A DNA stretch of 42,786 nucleotides from Craspedostauros australis (taxonomy: Eukaryota): assembly GCA_030167865.1 (NCBI GenBank), contig JALAGF010001806.1, forward strand, positions 1 to 42,786, given 5' to 3'. A model generated the notes under the pieces. The model made no database searches. It was not told the DNA's origin and was given only the letters and a program-made list of their open reading frames with translations. The translations under genes and the position numbers were made by a program. Shown piece by piece: positions 22,701-33,853 of the stretch. Each line of letters begins with the position of its first letter. The stretch's first letter is position 1.

Positions 22701-24707
22701 GCCAAGGACCTCCTCAGCGACCGAGTCAGCATCAACGCCATTCTTCATTCATCGAGCGATGGCAGGAACTCGCAAGATCTGAAGTACATCATCGAGAAGC
22801 TCGTGGAGAGGCTGGATGAGAAGGTGTGGAAAGCAGAGGAGTTTGTGCCAGAGGACTTCGTGCATACCTTCCTTGCCGAGTCGTCGCTTTTGGCCGCTGA
22901 TATGAGTCTGGACGCCCAGCGGCCGTTATCCATCGGTTCGTTCCACCAGTTCTCTTCCATCGCGCAACGTGCGTGCCGGTCGCTGGCGGAGAAATACTCG
23001 CATGTCCAAGTCGATGCCTACTGTGAAAGGTTGGCCAGGAACTGGCTGTTTGCGGGCAAAGCCGCCGCAGCTGTTGCTGCTGGAAATGATGGGAGCATCC
23101 ACAGCAAGGGAGTTGCTGAGGCGGTGCAAGACATGAACCTAAGCGCGGCATTGCACGAACCGGAGCTGGAGCAAATCGACGAAGATGACACGATCAATTT
23201 CGTCATGGACTTGTCGTCGTTGCAAAGGAGCGAGGCCGAAGCACCTCGGCAATCGAAGCCCCTTTCGCCACCGGAGCACAACAACGGCACGAGCAAGCTC
23301 ACCTCGCAGGAGGAACCAACCAGCATCAAGCGCAAGGGATGTGCACGGCAAGAATCTGAATACGCATGCCGCTTGGACGCTTTGCGCATAGCGTTCGTTC
23401 TGTCATTCACTCCGGCAATCGAGAGGCTTGATCTTGGTCGGTCATGTCTGGATCTGCATGATGACACCCAAGAGCCCCTCGGAGCCATCGATACCAATGC
23501 AAACGACGCTGCAACTGAAAGGGAACAAAAGCAGCAGAAGCCCAGATTGAAGCTTCTGTCCAGGATAGGATCGAAGGGGAGTGCTCAAAGGAAGGACCCA
23601 GCACTGCATTACAGCAGATTTCTGCTTGACATCGTCTTCGCATCGTCGAATAACGAATCGGTGCAGCGCGATCGCAATGCTTCGTTTGAGACGGCCTCAA
23701 CCACATCGGCCAGGATGAGATCCCACAAGAACCAGGCCATCACGTTCACTATGCGGCACCGTGCCCTTCGAACTGCATGCATCCTTTGCCCTCGCGAGGC
23801 GTTGGAGGAGGTCGCCAGAGAAGAAGGTTACACCAGAGATGGGCGTGGAGAGTATCAGCCGTTGAAGCTGTGCACGTACAGCGCATTCATTGCCAAAGAA
23901 ATCGAAGAAATGGGGCTGCCGCTTCCGCACTCCAACCTGGCCCAGCTCGGCGTCATGCACTTTCCGTCCTACGCGAGGACGCTGTGGCGTCATCACCGCA
24001 GCGACGACGCGTGCAAGACGAAGGGGCGCCTCCTGCTGCTCATCCTCGAGATGTACCTGAAGGAGCCGATCTCTGACCCAGAATTCTTTCAAAACATCGT
24101 CACCACAATCATCCGATTGAGGTTGCCAAGGACCATGCTCCTCGCGTGTCAGTGCATCGCACGTTGCAAGACGTTGGTGACCAGCAAAGAGCCGATGATT
24201 GATACCAACACCGTGGATATTGTGAAGGAGCTTGCGACGCAATTCCAGCAACGCGTGCTCAAAGACCTTGAGTTGCTTCCACCTTCAACGATCGCCGACA
24301 AGGATGATCACCGCGACGCGGTGTCGACCCTGAAATCCTTCTGCTCCGCGATTGAACAGCTCAGCCGAATCAATCGAGGGGATGAGTTGCTGCAGCACGT
24401 CACGGATGGATTCCTCCAGAAGCTCCAGCTGTCTGTTGACGAGAGGTGGAAGGCGGAATATGCGAAGAGAGTGGAAGGGTTGGTGGGACACATGGACAAA
24501 ACGATGAAGGTCCAATTCCAGGATAAGATCCGCGAGGGGCCCACGAAGATGTATTTCCAAAGTTCTTTCGCAACCAAACGATCGTGGGAGTGCATGACAG
24601 CATCGGGATCAGCAGGAGGAGAAGGAGGTGCAGGTGCGAGTGTGAGTGAAACAGACAGCAGTCTCATCTCCATCCTCCGCAAGAAGGAACGATTGCAAGT
24701 TCGCTGA
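16719..24707 (+). CDS. KNTC1: ROD/KNTC1-like kinetochore protein (RZZ complex), 2662 aa, intronless
   Basis: The N-terminus is beta-propeller-like and is followed by a long alpha-solenoid. Segments resembling recalled human KNTC1 blocks: YLRLLIELKHFDKAQQY; VDSELALTFLLNLP..NFQRVITIASIG; ITFTMRHRALRTACILCPREALEEV; ARTLWRHH..RLLLLILEMYLKEPISDPEFFQNIV (Rod C-terminal domain-like). Confidence 0.72.
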   Translation: MSSLIPLKLPDAEEPSAWDSTIDDLDGFQASSNSLSITPHAVAYKSLVCGINQHQVGSASSSSSSSAEATAEGRPDEEWIQWSTSFSPHRVASVVSNTDGSIVAVATEAGTVSLLRGCDGAVLATRRVVNEALHLPPVISLVTSQQRHSDTASQTSSTTTSAPSTAASLDTLVVQPPVDRDGPILLVSNIDGSRLNCNNKAIISEATRSMGFHIINVPAEAPFSAGDIRQLRGCYLRDKSHVIRFAIIDVKGQLMFLDYDLNQKQIAFVQHQMPFSDGQEWTVDFGVDATVQYWKPRQQSYLVVSAFKQSASTKVCWIDVESVSVAFEYVVKDAETTQQTVALIETVNAHDDDEAKALLIATKPSRNSDRIKLQIVQLHIEETMGLAMLGKPHTIFTMDLKQSSPQISVARVGGNAAPYSFRAITATADGAKEMCHLFHPKHTASVGYLRLLIELKHFDKAQQYMASLDSAVLIKDSFANFHPSEISLAQLKHILTCGNISNGAAIQQSRNCVQQLVVGALSSPNQGFTHLIAAGDVLLAWPDPSLRNPPLLKEVEMALKGFLAALAPVQASFNAKVAPPSLTQLQHRVQSKVKAIEFLSVAVSDPTSSSNDIRFDKDFADIQSPQLLFGKFLRLGFFDAAEMLWKSDLNGCLSSEVQVDAIQQIPPSIDPRHYAMLLFDMVLPSLAINHGLLPTIVNWTCATADRFDEDHDENGENTLAESIYILQRLDEAIKNLRLRIHSSYASYTPFTGKSHSPQHNASSSLSLDNRNLSMDSIGSAEAESTRSTDKRKGDEEMDSTLPVPSILQMNRLNGGAKKARSASVPRLRWDDILAFENTLEVKLQQAFCLKKARNMGLAKDRCTLKTFIERGGIKAVTKQLLRHYSRSASTHAARKSAVDVQITSFCTFAGIDLDTSLLEYAHSLCGGKKATVQAIEEAASIALCSVSIKTKCEITLVSLRAALFCHHSPGWLGDLSKQAIEWSSADTKLKSELEEASRLLLIDGILGRYCGGGSREVFHVDNPRHAYRLLQFICGHIQEESMLTDALDLCQAFHHLTEETACTLILQATIEAGDLSKCCAMLRDLKARDAGLALKTFPRVLDYCMNGVAEFSSSITVDRERFRSFASTVHQILPIGIELHNSTSIDILNASTWDDGQFEILLGVFDAIVTLQRDHDVQVSYHDLNDTKALLQSAVDVIAKILDAIADTSPDLIGNTVTRCKRILSLYSRLCDVSEETLWYISAGIFAYNQAQRRSNPSGGVDALRSLSLLLVADNEIVSRSCLAITLSIYEKAMSVSTQSTSSIERVMRDAILATSLVQTTILPKCSKRLLASSTDFAELADVVSDIFVRCDDGVGERLDRYKKQLNLQDPAPSSLSDGNKTLAHNNVDVLQLRLLNLHQTWYVGDGLLLPPMDALVLSREYSQYAVIKTTSAPVRTEQLFRLHQLLEEKGSLFLALRVLVHNVTTTGGSPNSFSPIHSIADVSQDLHVALAERCIGGTNNGIISGSVDSELALTFLLNLPTKVALRLYGSSLPTAISTRNFQRVITIASIGKVAGSPWEMFSTRKENLLGWKKQQRFVDQCHSIYTSAYWWQVMQSIGLVFDPLKFDILRSSSSRSSSSKPNSKASKDNAAQRPSAQYATTLVLPFMRSIANQDCDTHSMLRMAYSFLESFNAPVTVAIEKYVDFILTCSHVTEESSKSGGYVERRRASLGLVPNLLKFLKSGQDRTLLLRNCIVKIETATDHGTDYEHMAHVLDLYHSQLSSYIHSEGKQTKLDKRYLWAELDTIDRRRDALAILLSFFQDSRRKHRPLFSSFFLPLRASLIDAQKEPRVVACDVLGEDPKAQAATSLDPLKSLQPLLESDMNMSVSSALAPISLAFGIPKGYLQARALMARFDMSNHRGMPKPSFESDVQLVLNKLQSSSDKAKLAEWCSLQYSLDSTDKMACLDMALSCAIQASKEAEAAMSDKRAMGSETSRISDRINEALTRVRRISTAKDLLSDRVSINAILHSSSDGRNSQDLKYIIEKLVERLDEKVWKAEEFVPEDFVHTFLAESSLLAADMSLDAQRPLSIGSFHQFSSIAQRACRSLAEKYSHVQVDAYCERLARNWLFAGKAAAAVAAGNDGSIHSKGVAEAVQDMNLSAALHEPELEQIDEDDTINFVMDLSSLQRSEAEAPRQSKPLSPPEHNNGTSKLTSQEEPTSIKRKGCARQESEYACRLDALRIAFVLSFTPAIERLDLGRSCLDLHDDTQEPLGAIDTNANDAATEREQKQQKPRLKLLSRIGSKGSAQRKDPALHYSRFLLDIVFASSNNESVQRDRNASFETASTTSARMRSHKNQAITFTMRHRALRTACILCPREALEEVAREEGYTRDGRGEYQPLKLCTYSAFIAKEIEEMGLPLPHSNLAQLGVMHFPSYARTLWRHHRSDDACKTKGRLLLLILEMYLKEPISDPEFFQNIVTTIIRLRLPRTMLLACQCIARCKTLVTSKEPMIDTNTVDIVKELATQFQQRVLKDLELLPPSTIADKDDHRDAVSTLKSFCSAIEQLSRINRGDELLQHVTDGFLQKLQLSVDERWKAEYAKRVEGLVGHMDKTMKVQFQDKIREGPTKMYFQSSFATKRSWECMTASGSAGGEGGAGASVSETDSSLISILRKKERLQVR

Positions 24708-24970
24708 ACATCCGCGCTTGCATCAATCTATTGGCGCCATCGTCGGCGAGCGGACCAGCTTTTTCTTCGAGCTGAACTAAACCAAGCATATCTTCATAAT
24801 CCTTGTAGTCTCCGTAATTGTGATCAAGCATTCTATGATATTATAATTATAATATCTTACAAGAGTATTTCGCGTTGCACTGTGCTCTGTCGGTGTTGCT
24901 TGGACTCCGTGTTGCACTATAAGTGTGCAAGGTATCTTACGAACACTTTGTAAGTTTGTCTATTTGTGTC

Positions 24971-27900
24971 TTAGATCAGCATGGAGGCACATTTGAGCTC
25001 CAGGAGATTGTCGAGGATGAGCTGGACTGTCGATCCAATGGCGCTAGCGAGATCCTCTTGGTCGGCGATCGCCAGGTCAGCGTAAGACAAGACAAGGTCG
25101 CCATCAATGACATTCTTCTTCCTCGTGTTGTTTCGGCATCCTCCTCGGCGGAATGACCGTCGGTACAGCCTCCACGCCTGCTGGCTCAACGCGCATCCCC
25201 CCTCCATGGCATTCACCATCACGGTTTGGAGAGCGGTGAGACGCCAGTACACTGGCTCGCTCAGGGGAATCACTGTGGAGAGACCTCCGTCGATGGTCCC
25301 GAAGTGGATGGCCAACCTCTGGTCGTCGTCTGATCTTCCAAAGAAGGTGTCTTGTTGCTTGAGTGCGGCCAGGGCGCTGGAGGGTGTGGCGCTGTTGATG
25401 AGGAGGCTGGACTGGCAGGAATGATTGTCAAGGGACGATGTTTGTGTGCCAAGATGAAAGTCTGCTCTGCAAACCAGCTTGTTGCCGCCTCTCGCACCAG
25501 CGTCTCCCGGAGCGTACTGGAAGAATTGCAAATTCTGCCGATCATCGTGACATACCAGCACCAACGATCCGCCGCGGCTCATCAGCCCGGCAGCGTGGAC
25601 TGGGATGGGGTCGTAGTCCTTTGCCAACAGCGTCAAAGACTTGTCTGATTCTCTCCATACCAAGAAATGCAACGAGTCGTACGCATCGCTCAGGATGAGG
25701 AAGTTCTTCATCAGCTTGATGTCCAGGACTTGCATCGTCGCACGGAAGAAGCCGACCTGGAGCAATTTTTCATTCCCCCACTGCTCAACGTTCACGTCAG
25801 CACCAGCGCCGATCACGAGTCGGTGCTTGCCCTCCGTGGACAGGCAGCTCAGCGTTGTCACGGGTCCGTGAAAGATATCTTTTTCGTACGTGAGAGAGAG
25901 CTCCACCCGCTGCGATGCTCCCAGCGCCGATTTCTTGTCCAAAGCGCTGAGGCTGAAGAGGAGAACGCGGCCCTTCGAGATTACGTCTTCGCCATTCTTA
26001 TCCACAGTACCCGTGCCCACAGTGATGAATGTCTTTTCTGTGAGATCTTCATCAGCAGGTGTTTCGGCCTCCGTACTCCCAGGTTTTGTATTGAACTGTC
26101 ACGAACAATGATGGAGAGTTGAAAGGTATCGGCAACACCAATACCATCACAAGCAAAAGCAAGAGCAAAGGGCAAGGGCCAAGGTTAGAGTCATTCTGAG
26201 GCTGACCACTCTCAACACGACTGGGCTCAAGTTCTTGTCGATTCACACGTGCCGATACGACCCTGAGTATTTCTCGTTCGAACATACTGTAATGAATCCA
26301 ACTGGCAAAAACACCCCGCTCGTGCATCAGTACATACGAGGTTGACTGACAGTAATTGACTCACCTCGCTGAGTGACATGACCTTCATGGTAAGGCCATG
26401 TTCGTATTCCCCAAGTTCATATGAGTCCACCACATTCCACTTGTTGGCTGCATCGACGATCCAAAGCGAGTATGCCGATGTTGCGATGGGAGGTGCGCCC
26501 CCGAGCTCGGTCTCGATTGCGAAGCAGTCCTCGCGCTCGATTTCCTCTACCCATTCCTGTTCGATATCAAAGCCACCCATATCTGCCTCCACTTGCCGTT
26601 TGACCTTTTCGCTTTCCTTTTCTGCAAGGATCTGTTCCCGTTCTTCGTCGGTAAGGCCATCATCGTTCAGCTCGGTCTGATCACCATCGATATCCCTTGA
26701 CACCAGCACTGCGTACAACGGATGATCTTCGGTCGAAACGTCTCGATCTTTGACGAATTCGATATGTCGGACAGTGACTCCAAATGGTATCTTCTCAACG
26801 TAGTATCCTCCTCCCATCAGAACGCCATGGGAATCGGGCACCGTGATTCCACTGAAGGATGTGAGACGTTGGCTTCCCACTCTACCCACTCTCTCGTGCA
26901 GCGTCATGAAACCGTACGACTCGGCACCATCCCTTCTGGGCAAGCTAATGCGTGAGCAGAAGGCCGTGACTGATTGTTGCCGACCGCCGGCCGGTGCCGC
27001 GTGCTGCGATCGATGCACAAGGTGCTTCATCTGACCCCGCTCTGCGAGGAACCAAATCGGGCGCGTGACGGCTGCGAATAATCCATCCTGGCCAGATAGG
27101 TTGGTGAAGGGGTGCAGTCTGTTCCTGCGGAACGTTTCATTGGGCAGAAAGTCATCATTGACGATCTTCTTTCGGCGGAGCTTGGCGCGATGGCGCGTTT
27201 GCTCCTGGCTCGATCTTGAGATCATCCCCAGCGTCACCCGGTCGAGGCCGACGATGGAACCATTGGTGAAGTTGCTGGTGTACAGGAAGACGTCGCCAGC
27301 ATTGGTTTCCATCGCGAGGCAGAACGGTGCAACATCCAGTGACTGGTACATCGCGAACGAATTGGATGGACCAGAGAAGAAGAACTTGATCTCCTTGGCC
27401 ACCACCTGATTCATTCGTGGTTTGCGAGGCGATAGTTGCTCATCGTCCATGATTTTTTGCAAGATGGCCCCACCGTGACCGCATCCTGCGCACGACCACA
27501 GCGGAGAGGCATTCTCATCTCGGAGCAAACTGATGGCGTCATACACCTCCAGCAAGCCTGACTGTCTGCATACAGCGAGATACATCGATTCTCGCCCGAG
27601 ATCGACGATGATATCGTCTGCAGCCGTGGCTGCTCTGGCCTGCTTGCCATCCGCCTTGTCAGCCTCGCCGTTGCTGCCCTTGTACAGATCGGCCATCTCG
27701 TCATCGCTCAACCCACCGGCATCATCATTGTCATCGCCACGGTCATTGTCGTCGTTATCGTTATTGTCGTTGTTGCCGTTGTTGCCTGAGCCGTTTGTCG
27801 GTGTGTCTGTGACATTCCCGCTGTCCGATGTTCTATTCTGCTTGGCAAAGAAGGCAGTTGGCGCATGAAACAGGTCCGTGGCAACAACCGTGTTGTTGCG

Positions 27901-30507
27901 GTAGAACTTGGATTCATCCTCATCGTCGTCATCAGTGACAACGTCATCATTTGCATCGCCGACATCCATATCTGTATGCTCCATCTTGGGTTCTGGGGGT
28001 GGCACCGGAAGTCGCGATAGTGAAGTGCTTCCCTGCGCATCGAAGCACATGAGACATGCGTTTCCGCTGACGAGGGTGAAGGCGAAGAACGTTTTCTGGC
28101 TGGTGTCCGATACCAGACGAGATATGGACGAGATCGACTCGGTGTCAGGGATTGGGATTTGGATGAGGTCAGAGACGGTGATTCGGTCTCCATCGACCTT
28201 CTTCAGCAGCACGACCATGTACACTGTTCGGCCTTCAATCGCTGACGTCACGATCAATGCGGATACGTTGGCACTGATTTCAAATGCCTGCAATATGGTG
28301 CAATCGTTGAAGACGGCCAATGCCCGAGCGTCACCTTCCACGAACCAGTCCTGCATAGGGATCTCCTCGAACAGACTCTGATTGCCCGAGTTGAGGGCCT
28401 GCAGGTTGGTCGCGCTGGCGATGCTCAGGATTTTGTTCTTCTGGCTGGTCAGGTCGGAGCACATCAAGACGGCGTTCATGTTCGGCAAGCTGAAGAGTCC
28501 GTGGTAGTTGATGCAGTCCTCCTCTGACAGGATCAGCCGATCGTCGCGTCCGGGAGCAGTGATCAAAGCGAGGGCACCGCTCGTGCTGAATCCGCACGGC
28601 ATGACGTAGGCTGACGACCCCAGCGGTGGCAACGAACCGTCGTTCTTGGGAGGGAAACGGGTCTTCGCGATGGGACCCATGCATGTTGGACCGATTGGAC
28701 CAAGGGAAGTCAACGAATCCAAAGGAATCATTGCTTGGACGACCAGCAGCTCTGATGATCGCATTCTTTTCCATGCCATCTCGTAGGCCTCCTGCGCCTC
28801 ATCGTCACTCGTCGGCACAATATTGTGCTCCTTTCCTTCCAATGAAGTGTTAGCGGGACCATCGCTGTCGTTTCTGCCAGAGTAGAGAGCAGCCTCTTCC
28901 ATGGCCAGAATCGCATCCGCATCCATCTCCTCCATTCCCTTGCCGCTGTCCTTGCCCATCTCCAACACAGCGGGGCTGCTCTTCGATTCGATCTTCACGT
29001 GCGCCTTGATTGTGTCTGTTGAGCATTGCTCGATGGCAAATCGAAGCAGCGAGCTGTCTCCCATGCGACTTCCAACGAAGACAATGCCCGTCGCAAAGTA
29101 CCGCGATGAATTTCTTGCAAACTGCGATCGCAAGAGGGGGCTCGCGGATGCTGTCCGCGCGTTATCGGAGGACCAGCATAGGACGTTGGCGACCTGACCG
29201 ATTCCACCGATCCTTTGGTACAGCGGCAGCATCGACCAAAGCCCACCCGAGCACTGCAGGAGGTACATGTGTCCGGAACGCAGCGAAACGAAGAAGGCGC
29301 GGGGCGTCACGGCGCAGAGCTTCGCACCATCCAGTTGGATGGAGAGCTTGGGAAATGGCCATGGATTTCCCCTGACGCGCTCGAGCAGCTTCGTGGGAAG
29401 CGTGGCCTTTGTCCAGCCGTTGGTGGCAAGGCATTGTGTGATCTGCCCTGCGTTGTCGATGGCCACAATCGAGTTGGCGCAGACGACGATGCAACCGGTG
29501 CTTCCCACAGACTTAATGAGCAATGCATCGGCTGGGACTTCGACAGACCAAAGGACGGCAGCTCTGCGGTGCGTCACGGTGACGCTACAGGCCGTGACGT
29601 ACAGCCCGTGCCGTGTTCCACCCACATCGTTTGGCCTGCCGAGCCTTCCCGAACATATCCAGCCGCCGGTGGATGGATTGGAATGCAGGAGGACCAAAGT
29701 CGGTTCCGAATATCCTTGGAGGTAAGACGAGCCGATCACGTCACCGAAACCTGTGGAGATGCCCTGCGTGAACCCCTTGGAGAACGCCGAACCACCTGGG
29801 TGCGATGAAGAAGACGACGAGGTGGACGACGAAGCCTGTCCCTGCGAAAGAGATTGCTCGATACGCAGGATCTTGGATAGATTCTGCAGTGAGAGCGTGT
29901 AGGGATCATCAACGATCCAGCCTGAACCCTTGATGTAGCATATCGTGAGACAGACGACCGCGACGCCGCCACCCAGCACGACCGCGACGCTGGCATCATT
30001 CTTCTTTTGCCGCATGCTGGCCATCATGTCCTGCTCCAGAGGAGATGTCGCGCCCACGCAGGCCTCGGTCACGGCAGATGTGAGGTCGAGGAGGGAGGTG
30101 GCAGACAGCACGTGGGAGGTCGCCGTGATGTCCTCCCCAACCTTGGGGACGATGGAGACGATTGACAGCCGCGGGTGGCCGGAGAAGCCAACCAGCAACG
30201 AATCCGAAACGTAATTTTGGCGCCGAACGTCGTTGCTGCCTTCGACGGTGGGGTTATCCACCTGCAAGGCGCCCAGGAAGCAGACGTTGCCAGCGAGGTT
30301 GGGAAAGGAGAGCTTCTCCATCAAGGTCCCGGACTCTTCGTGGATCTTGTAGACCGTCAGAGTCGACCCCTGCGCTGTCACGAGGTTGGGCAAGGATCCA
30401 TCTCCCGTGATGTTGGCCCAAGTCGAGAAGTCCGCACCTGTCCGTCCTGTCCATGCCGGAAGGCAGCAAGGATGAACGGGGCGTGAGTTCGGCGCTCGCT
30501 TCGGCAT
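24971..30507 (-). CDS. CPSF1: Cleavage and polyadenylation specificity factor subunit 1 (CPSF160), about 1755 aa, 2 exons
   Basis: Exons 30507-26365 and 26095-24971 (intron GTGAGT..CAG, 269 bp; SLSE|FNTKPG). Motifs are NLVTAQGSTLTVY, LLVGF..PRLSIV, FVGSRMGDSSLL, TVGTG..GEDVISKGRVLLF, LTLLAKDY, GGNKLVCRADFHLG and VIDGDLV. Confidence 0.93.
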
Positions 30508-30767
30508 CGTATCAACCACACTCTCCAGGAGCTTGCAGTTGTTCTTGTTGCCTGGTTATGTCGAAGCAGGCTCTGCCGAAGAGTGGACGGAAGTGGGGGG
30601 AAGATGAGAGCGGTTGGTGCAGCCAGGGTTCAGCCAGCGTGGTCGATCTTTTTCGTTTTGTGTGGTTGTGGATCTTCGCACAGGTTTCGCGAGCGTTGTG
30701 ATGGTTGCTGTTGACACTTCCTTTCCATTGTGAGTAAATTATAAATGCGTCATTCCTTGCAGAATTT

Positions 30768-30840
30768 TCCGATATGATGTAGGTGGTTAGCATACTTGCC
30801 TTTCACGCAGGATACCCGGGTTCGAGTCCCGGTATCGGAA
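30768..30840 (+). tRNA. trnE-TTC: tRNA-Glu (anticodon TTC), intronless
   Basis: Acceptor stem TCCGATA/TATCGGA with discriminator A, D-arm ATGT..GCAT, anticodon arm CTTGC-CT TTC AC-GCAGG, T-arm CCGGG-TTCGAGT-CCCGG. An upstream TATA-like TTATAAAT lies at about 30739-30746. Confidence 0.96.
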
Positions 30841-30844
30841 TAAC

Positions 30845-30849
30845 TTTTT
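30845..30849 (+). terminator. RNA polymerase III oligo-T terminator
   Basis: TTTTT starts 5 nt after the tRNA 3' end. Confidence 0.75.
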
Positions 30850-31908
30850 GGTTGGTCCAGAAATTCAAGTTTGTTTTGGTGGGCTGGCTTCATGTCTGTC
30901 TCTGCGTCCAGAGAGGCTGCTGCGCTCTGGAGAGCTGTCCCCACCAAGGTCTCCCTCCTCCATTTCCTTTCAATCTCATGGCTCATTCTTGAAATCTACA
31001 CACTCTGATGTTTTGTGTGCTGGTTCTTTTGCAGTGTCATGTTCGGAGTTCGTGACGAACGCAGGAGATGATTGAATTGCTTCCGCGCTCGGATCTTTCA
31101 ATCAGATTGCTTCAGTCAACAACATCATCAATTGATCTCTACAGAGACATGAAGCAGATTGACAGCATTTGCCTTGCAATGAATGTTGGCACAAGATCTC
31201 TCCCCTATCACGATGATAGCATACATGTGGCGATTCATCTGGGTTCAGTATCGACGGAACGTTGCGAATCCGCAATGTAGCTCCCACAATAGCGTGGAGC
31301 TCCGGAATCTGCCTTCAGATTGTTACCATCGTGCTGGCTCTGATGTGCCAAACTCATTCTGTTTCTCTGGATAATGAGAGACAGACAGACAGAGACGCCA
31401 GAGATTCAGCTATCATCCGCACCGCGGAATACTATGGTATTTCTCAATGCGTATCGCTACTCTACAAACGCAACTCGACAGCCATTTTGTCTGGGTTACG
31501 TGGATCCAAACTCCGCAAGCGAAAGATTCGACATTGGCAGAAAGGCACTATTTATGTACCATCTCCAATCGCTCGCTTCGTTTGGTCGAGGTGGTGGTCG
31601 TGATAATTCTTCGCTCGTGTCGTTTCGGATCGTGGGTTGGAGACATGAAGACGGTCACATGATGATGGTGGCACAATAAAAGGCACCAGCCAGGATCGCA
31701 CGAGCATCAGCAGGCACTTCATTGGTTGCATTCCACAACTCCGTAGACAACGAGCTATTTGTAGTGCAAACATCCAACGAGTGAGAGGACGAATAGAGCA
31801 CAAGAAGGCAACATCTGTGACGTTAACGCAGACGGTATCCATCTCGGTGAACTCCAAGAGTCGCATGCCATCCAATCCAAGCCGATCCAACGTTCCATCA
31901 ACGCAACG

Positions 31909-33853
31909 ATGTCCGAAGAGGAGTCCACAATAACATCCGTACCATCCACGGCGGAGACGTCCGTGGGGTCAGAGAGCTCTGACGATGGTGCAGGCGCCGG
32001 CGCCGGTGAGGAGGTCGTGATTGACACCGAGAAAGCCCAGGATCTCAAGAGCAAAGGCAACGAGCAACTGCTCGCCGGCCATTTCCTCCAGGCCATCGGC
32101 TTCTACTCCGAAGCTCTGGACCATGACCCTCACAACGCCATCATCCTTTCCAATCGCGCACAGGCCTTCATCAAGGTGGAGAACTACGGACTTGCCATCA
32201 CGGATGCCACCCACGCCATCAAATCGGACCCGACCTACCCCAAGTCGTACTACAGGCGCGGAACTGCGCAATTCGCGCTGGCCCATCTGAAGGATGCGCG
32301 CAAGGACTTCCGGCAGGTGTGCAAGCTGAAGCCGAAGGACCGCGACGCCAGAGCCAAGCTCTCCGCGTGCGACAAGGCCATCAAGCATGAAGCATTCCGC
32401 AAGGCGATCATGTCGGAGAACACTGTGCCGCTGAGCGAGAAGTACGACGCGAGTTCCATCACCGTGCCAGACAGCTACGATGGTCCCCACCCTGTGGGCA
32501 ATGAATTGATCACGGCCATGGATGTAGAAGAGGCACAATTTGTGCCTGGCAACCTCTCGCGTGATTTTGTGATGGTGAGTACTCTTACCGTACCCGTTGG
32601 TTTCTTGTGTGAAGCGAGGGAGCAAAGGTGTTGCCGACTCTCTTCATGTCGAATAATTCTGGAGGGAGAGAGAGAGAGTCCACAAACTTGTGGAACACGT
32701 TCACTTGGACGTTCTGGATTTTGCCGCCACTATTTGAGCTCAAAACTGACTCCACTCACTCAATCAATCACGCGCTCACTTGTTTACTCATCCATCCTTG
32801 CGCGCCATCCATTCGTCGCACTCTACCCTGCAAATTGCCGAACGCTCCGTCAAACTACCACTCGTGCTCTACGTACTCTCTGCCACGCTGAAACGATTCA
32901 AACGTCAGGCTTCGGTGGAGAGATTCAAGAAGCAGAAATTGATCCATCAGCGATACGTGGCCAGACTGCTGCTTTCTTGCAAATCGTACTACGAGAACCA
33001 CCCGACGCTGATGGAGCTGTCCGTACCCACGGAGGCACCCGATTACGACACCTCTCTCGATCCGAGGATCACGGTTTGCGGCGACACGCACGGACAGTTC
33101 TATGACGTGCTCAATATATTCGACATGAATGGATACCCCAGCAGGACGAACCCGTACCTGTTCAATGGCGACTTCGTCGACCGAGGATCTTTCTCCATCG
33201 AGGTCATTCTCACCTTCCTCCTGTTCAAAATATCCGACCCGGAATGCATCTACCTCACCAGAGGCAACCACGAGACGAAGAACATGAACAAGATCTATGG
33301 CTTCGAAGGCGAGGCGAAGAGCAAGTATGACGACAAAATATTCGAGCTCTTTTTGGAGGTTTTCAGCCACCTCCCGTTGGCCGCCACAATCGGAGGTAAG
33401 ATATTCGTCACGCACGGCGGCCTGCCCGTCACGGAGGGCGTCACGCTGGACGACATCCGCAAGGTGAAGCGAGGTTGCGAGCCGCCCGAGTCTGGGCTGA
33501 TGAGCGACCTCATGTGGTCCGATCCACAGCCGTTCCCTGGCAAGTCGCCATCCAAGCGAGGCGTCGGCTTCTCGTTTGGCCCTGACATCACGGAGAAGTT
33601 CCTGAGTCTAAACGGATTGTCGCTGCTCGTGCGCTCGCACGAAGTGAAGGAAGAAGGGTACTTGGTGGAACACGGAGGAAAGGCTGTGACTGTGTTTTCC
33701 GCGCCCAACTACTGCGACACGATGGGCAACAAGGGCGCCTTCATACATTTTGGCGCAGCGTTGGAACCAAAGTACACGCAGTACCACTCCGTGCCTCACC
33801 CGGATGTCAAGCCCATGGCGTATGCCGCTGGAATGGGCGGCCTGTACGCATAA
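31909..33853 (+). CDS. PPP5C: Serine/threonine protein phosphatase 5 (TPR + PPP catalytic domain), about 536 aa, 2 exons
   Basis: Exons 31909-32574 and 32909-33853 (intron GTGAGT..CAG, 334 bp; DFVM|ASVERFKKQ). Three TPRs (KSKGNEQL, ILSNRAQA, KSYYRRG) precede the PPP motifs GDTHGQ, GDFVDRG, RGNHE, HGG and SAPNYC, with the PP5 C-terminus VPHPDVKPMAYA. Confidence 0.97.

Noticed and set aside
9518..30840. KTI12 and an Elongator-substrate tRNA-Glu(UUC) in the same window
   Set aside because: They are about 20 kb apart with unrelated genes between, so this is most likely coincidence in a gene-dense genome.
31098..31162. Imperfect hairpin (TCAATC..TGCTTCA / TGAAGCA GATTGA) in the tRNA-PP5 spacer
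   Set aside because: The stem is short and bulged, compatible with chance. There is no SECIS, snoRNA or miRNA hallmark and no gene could be built in 30850-31900.
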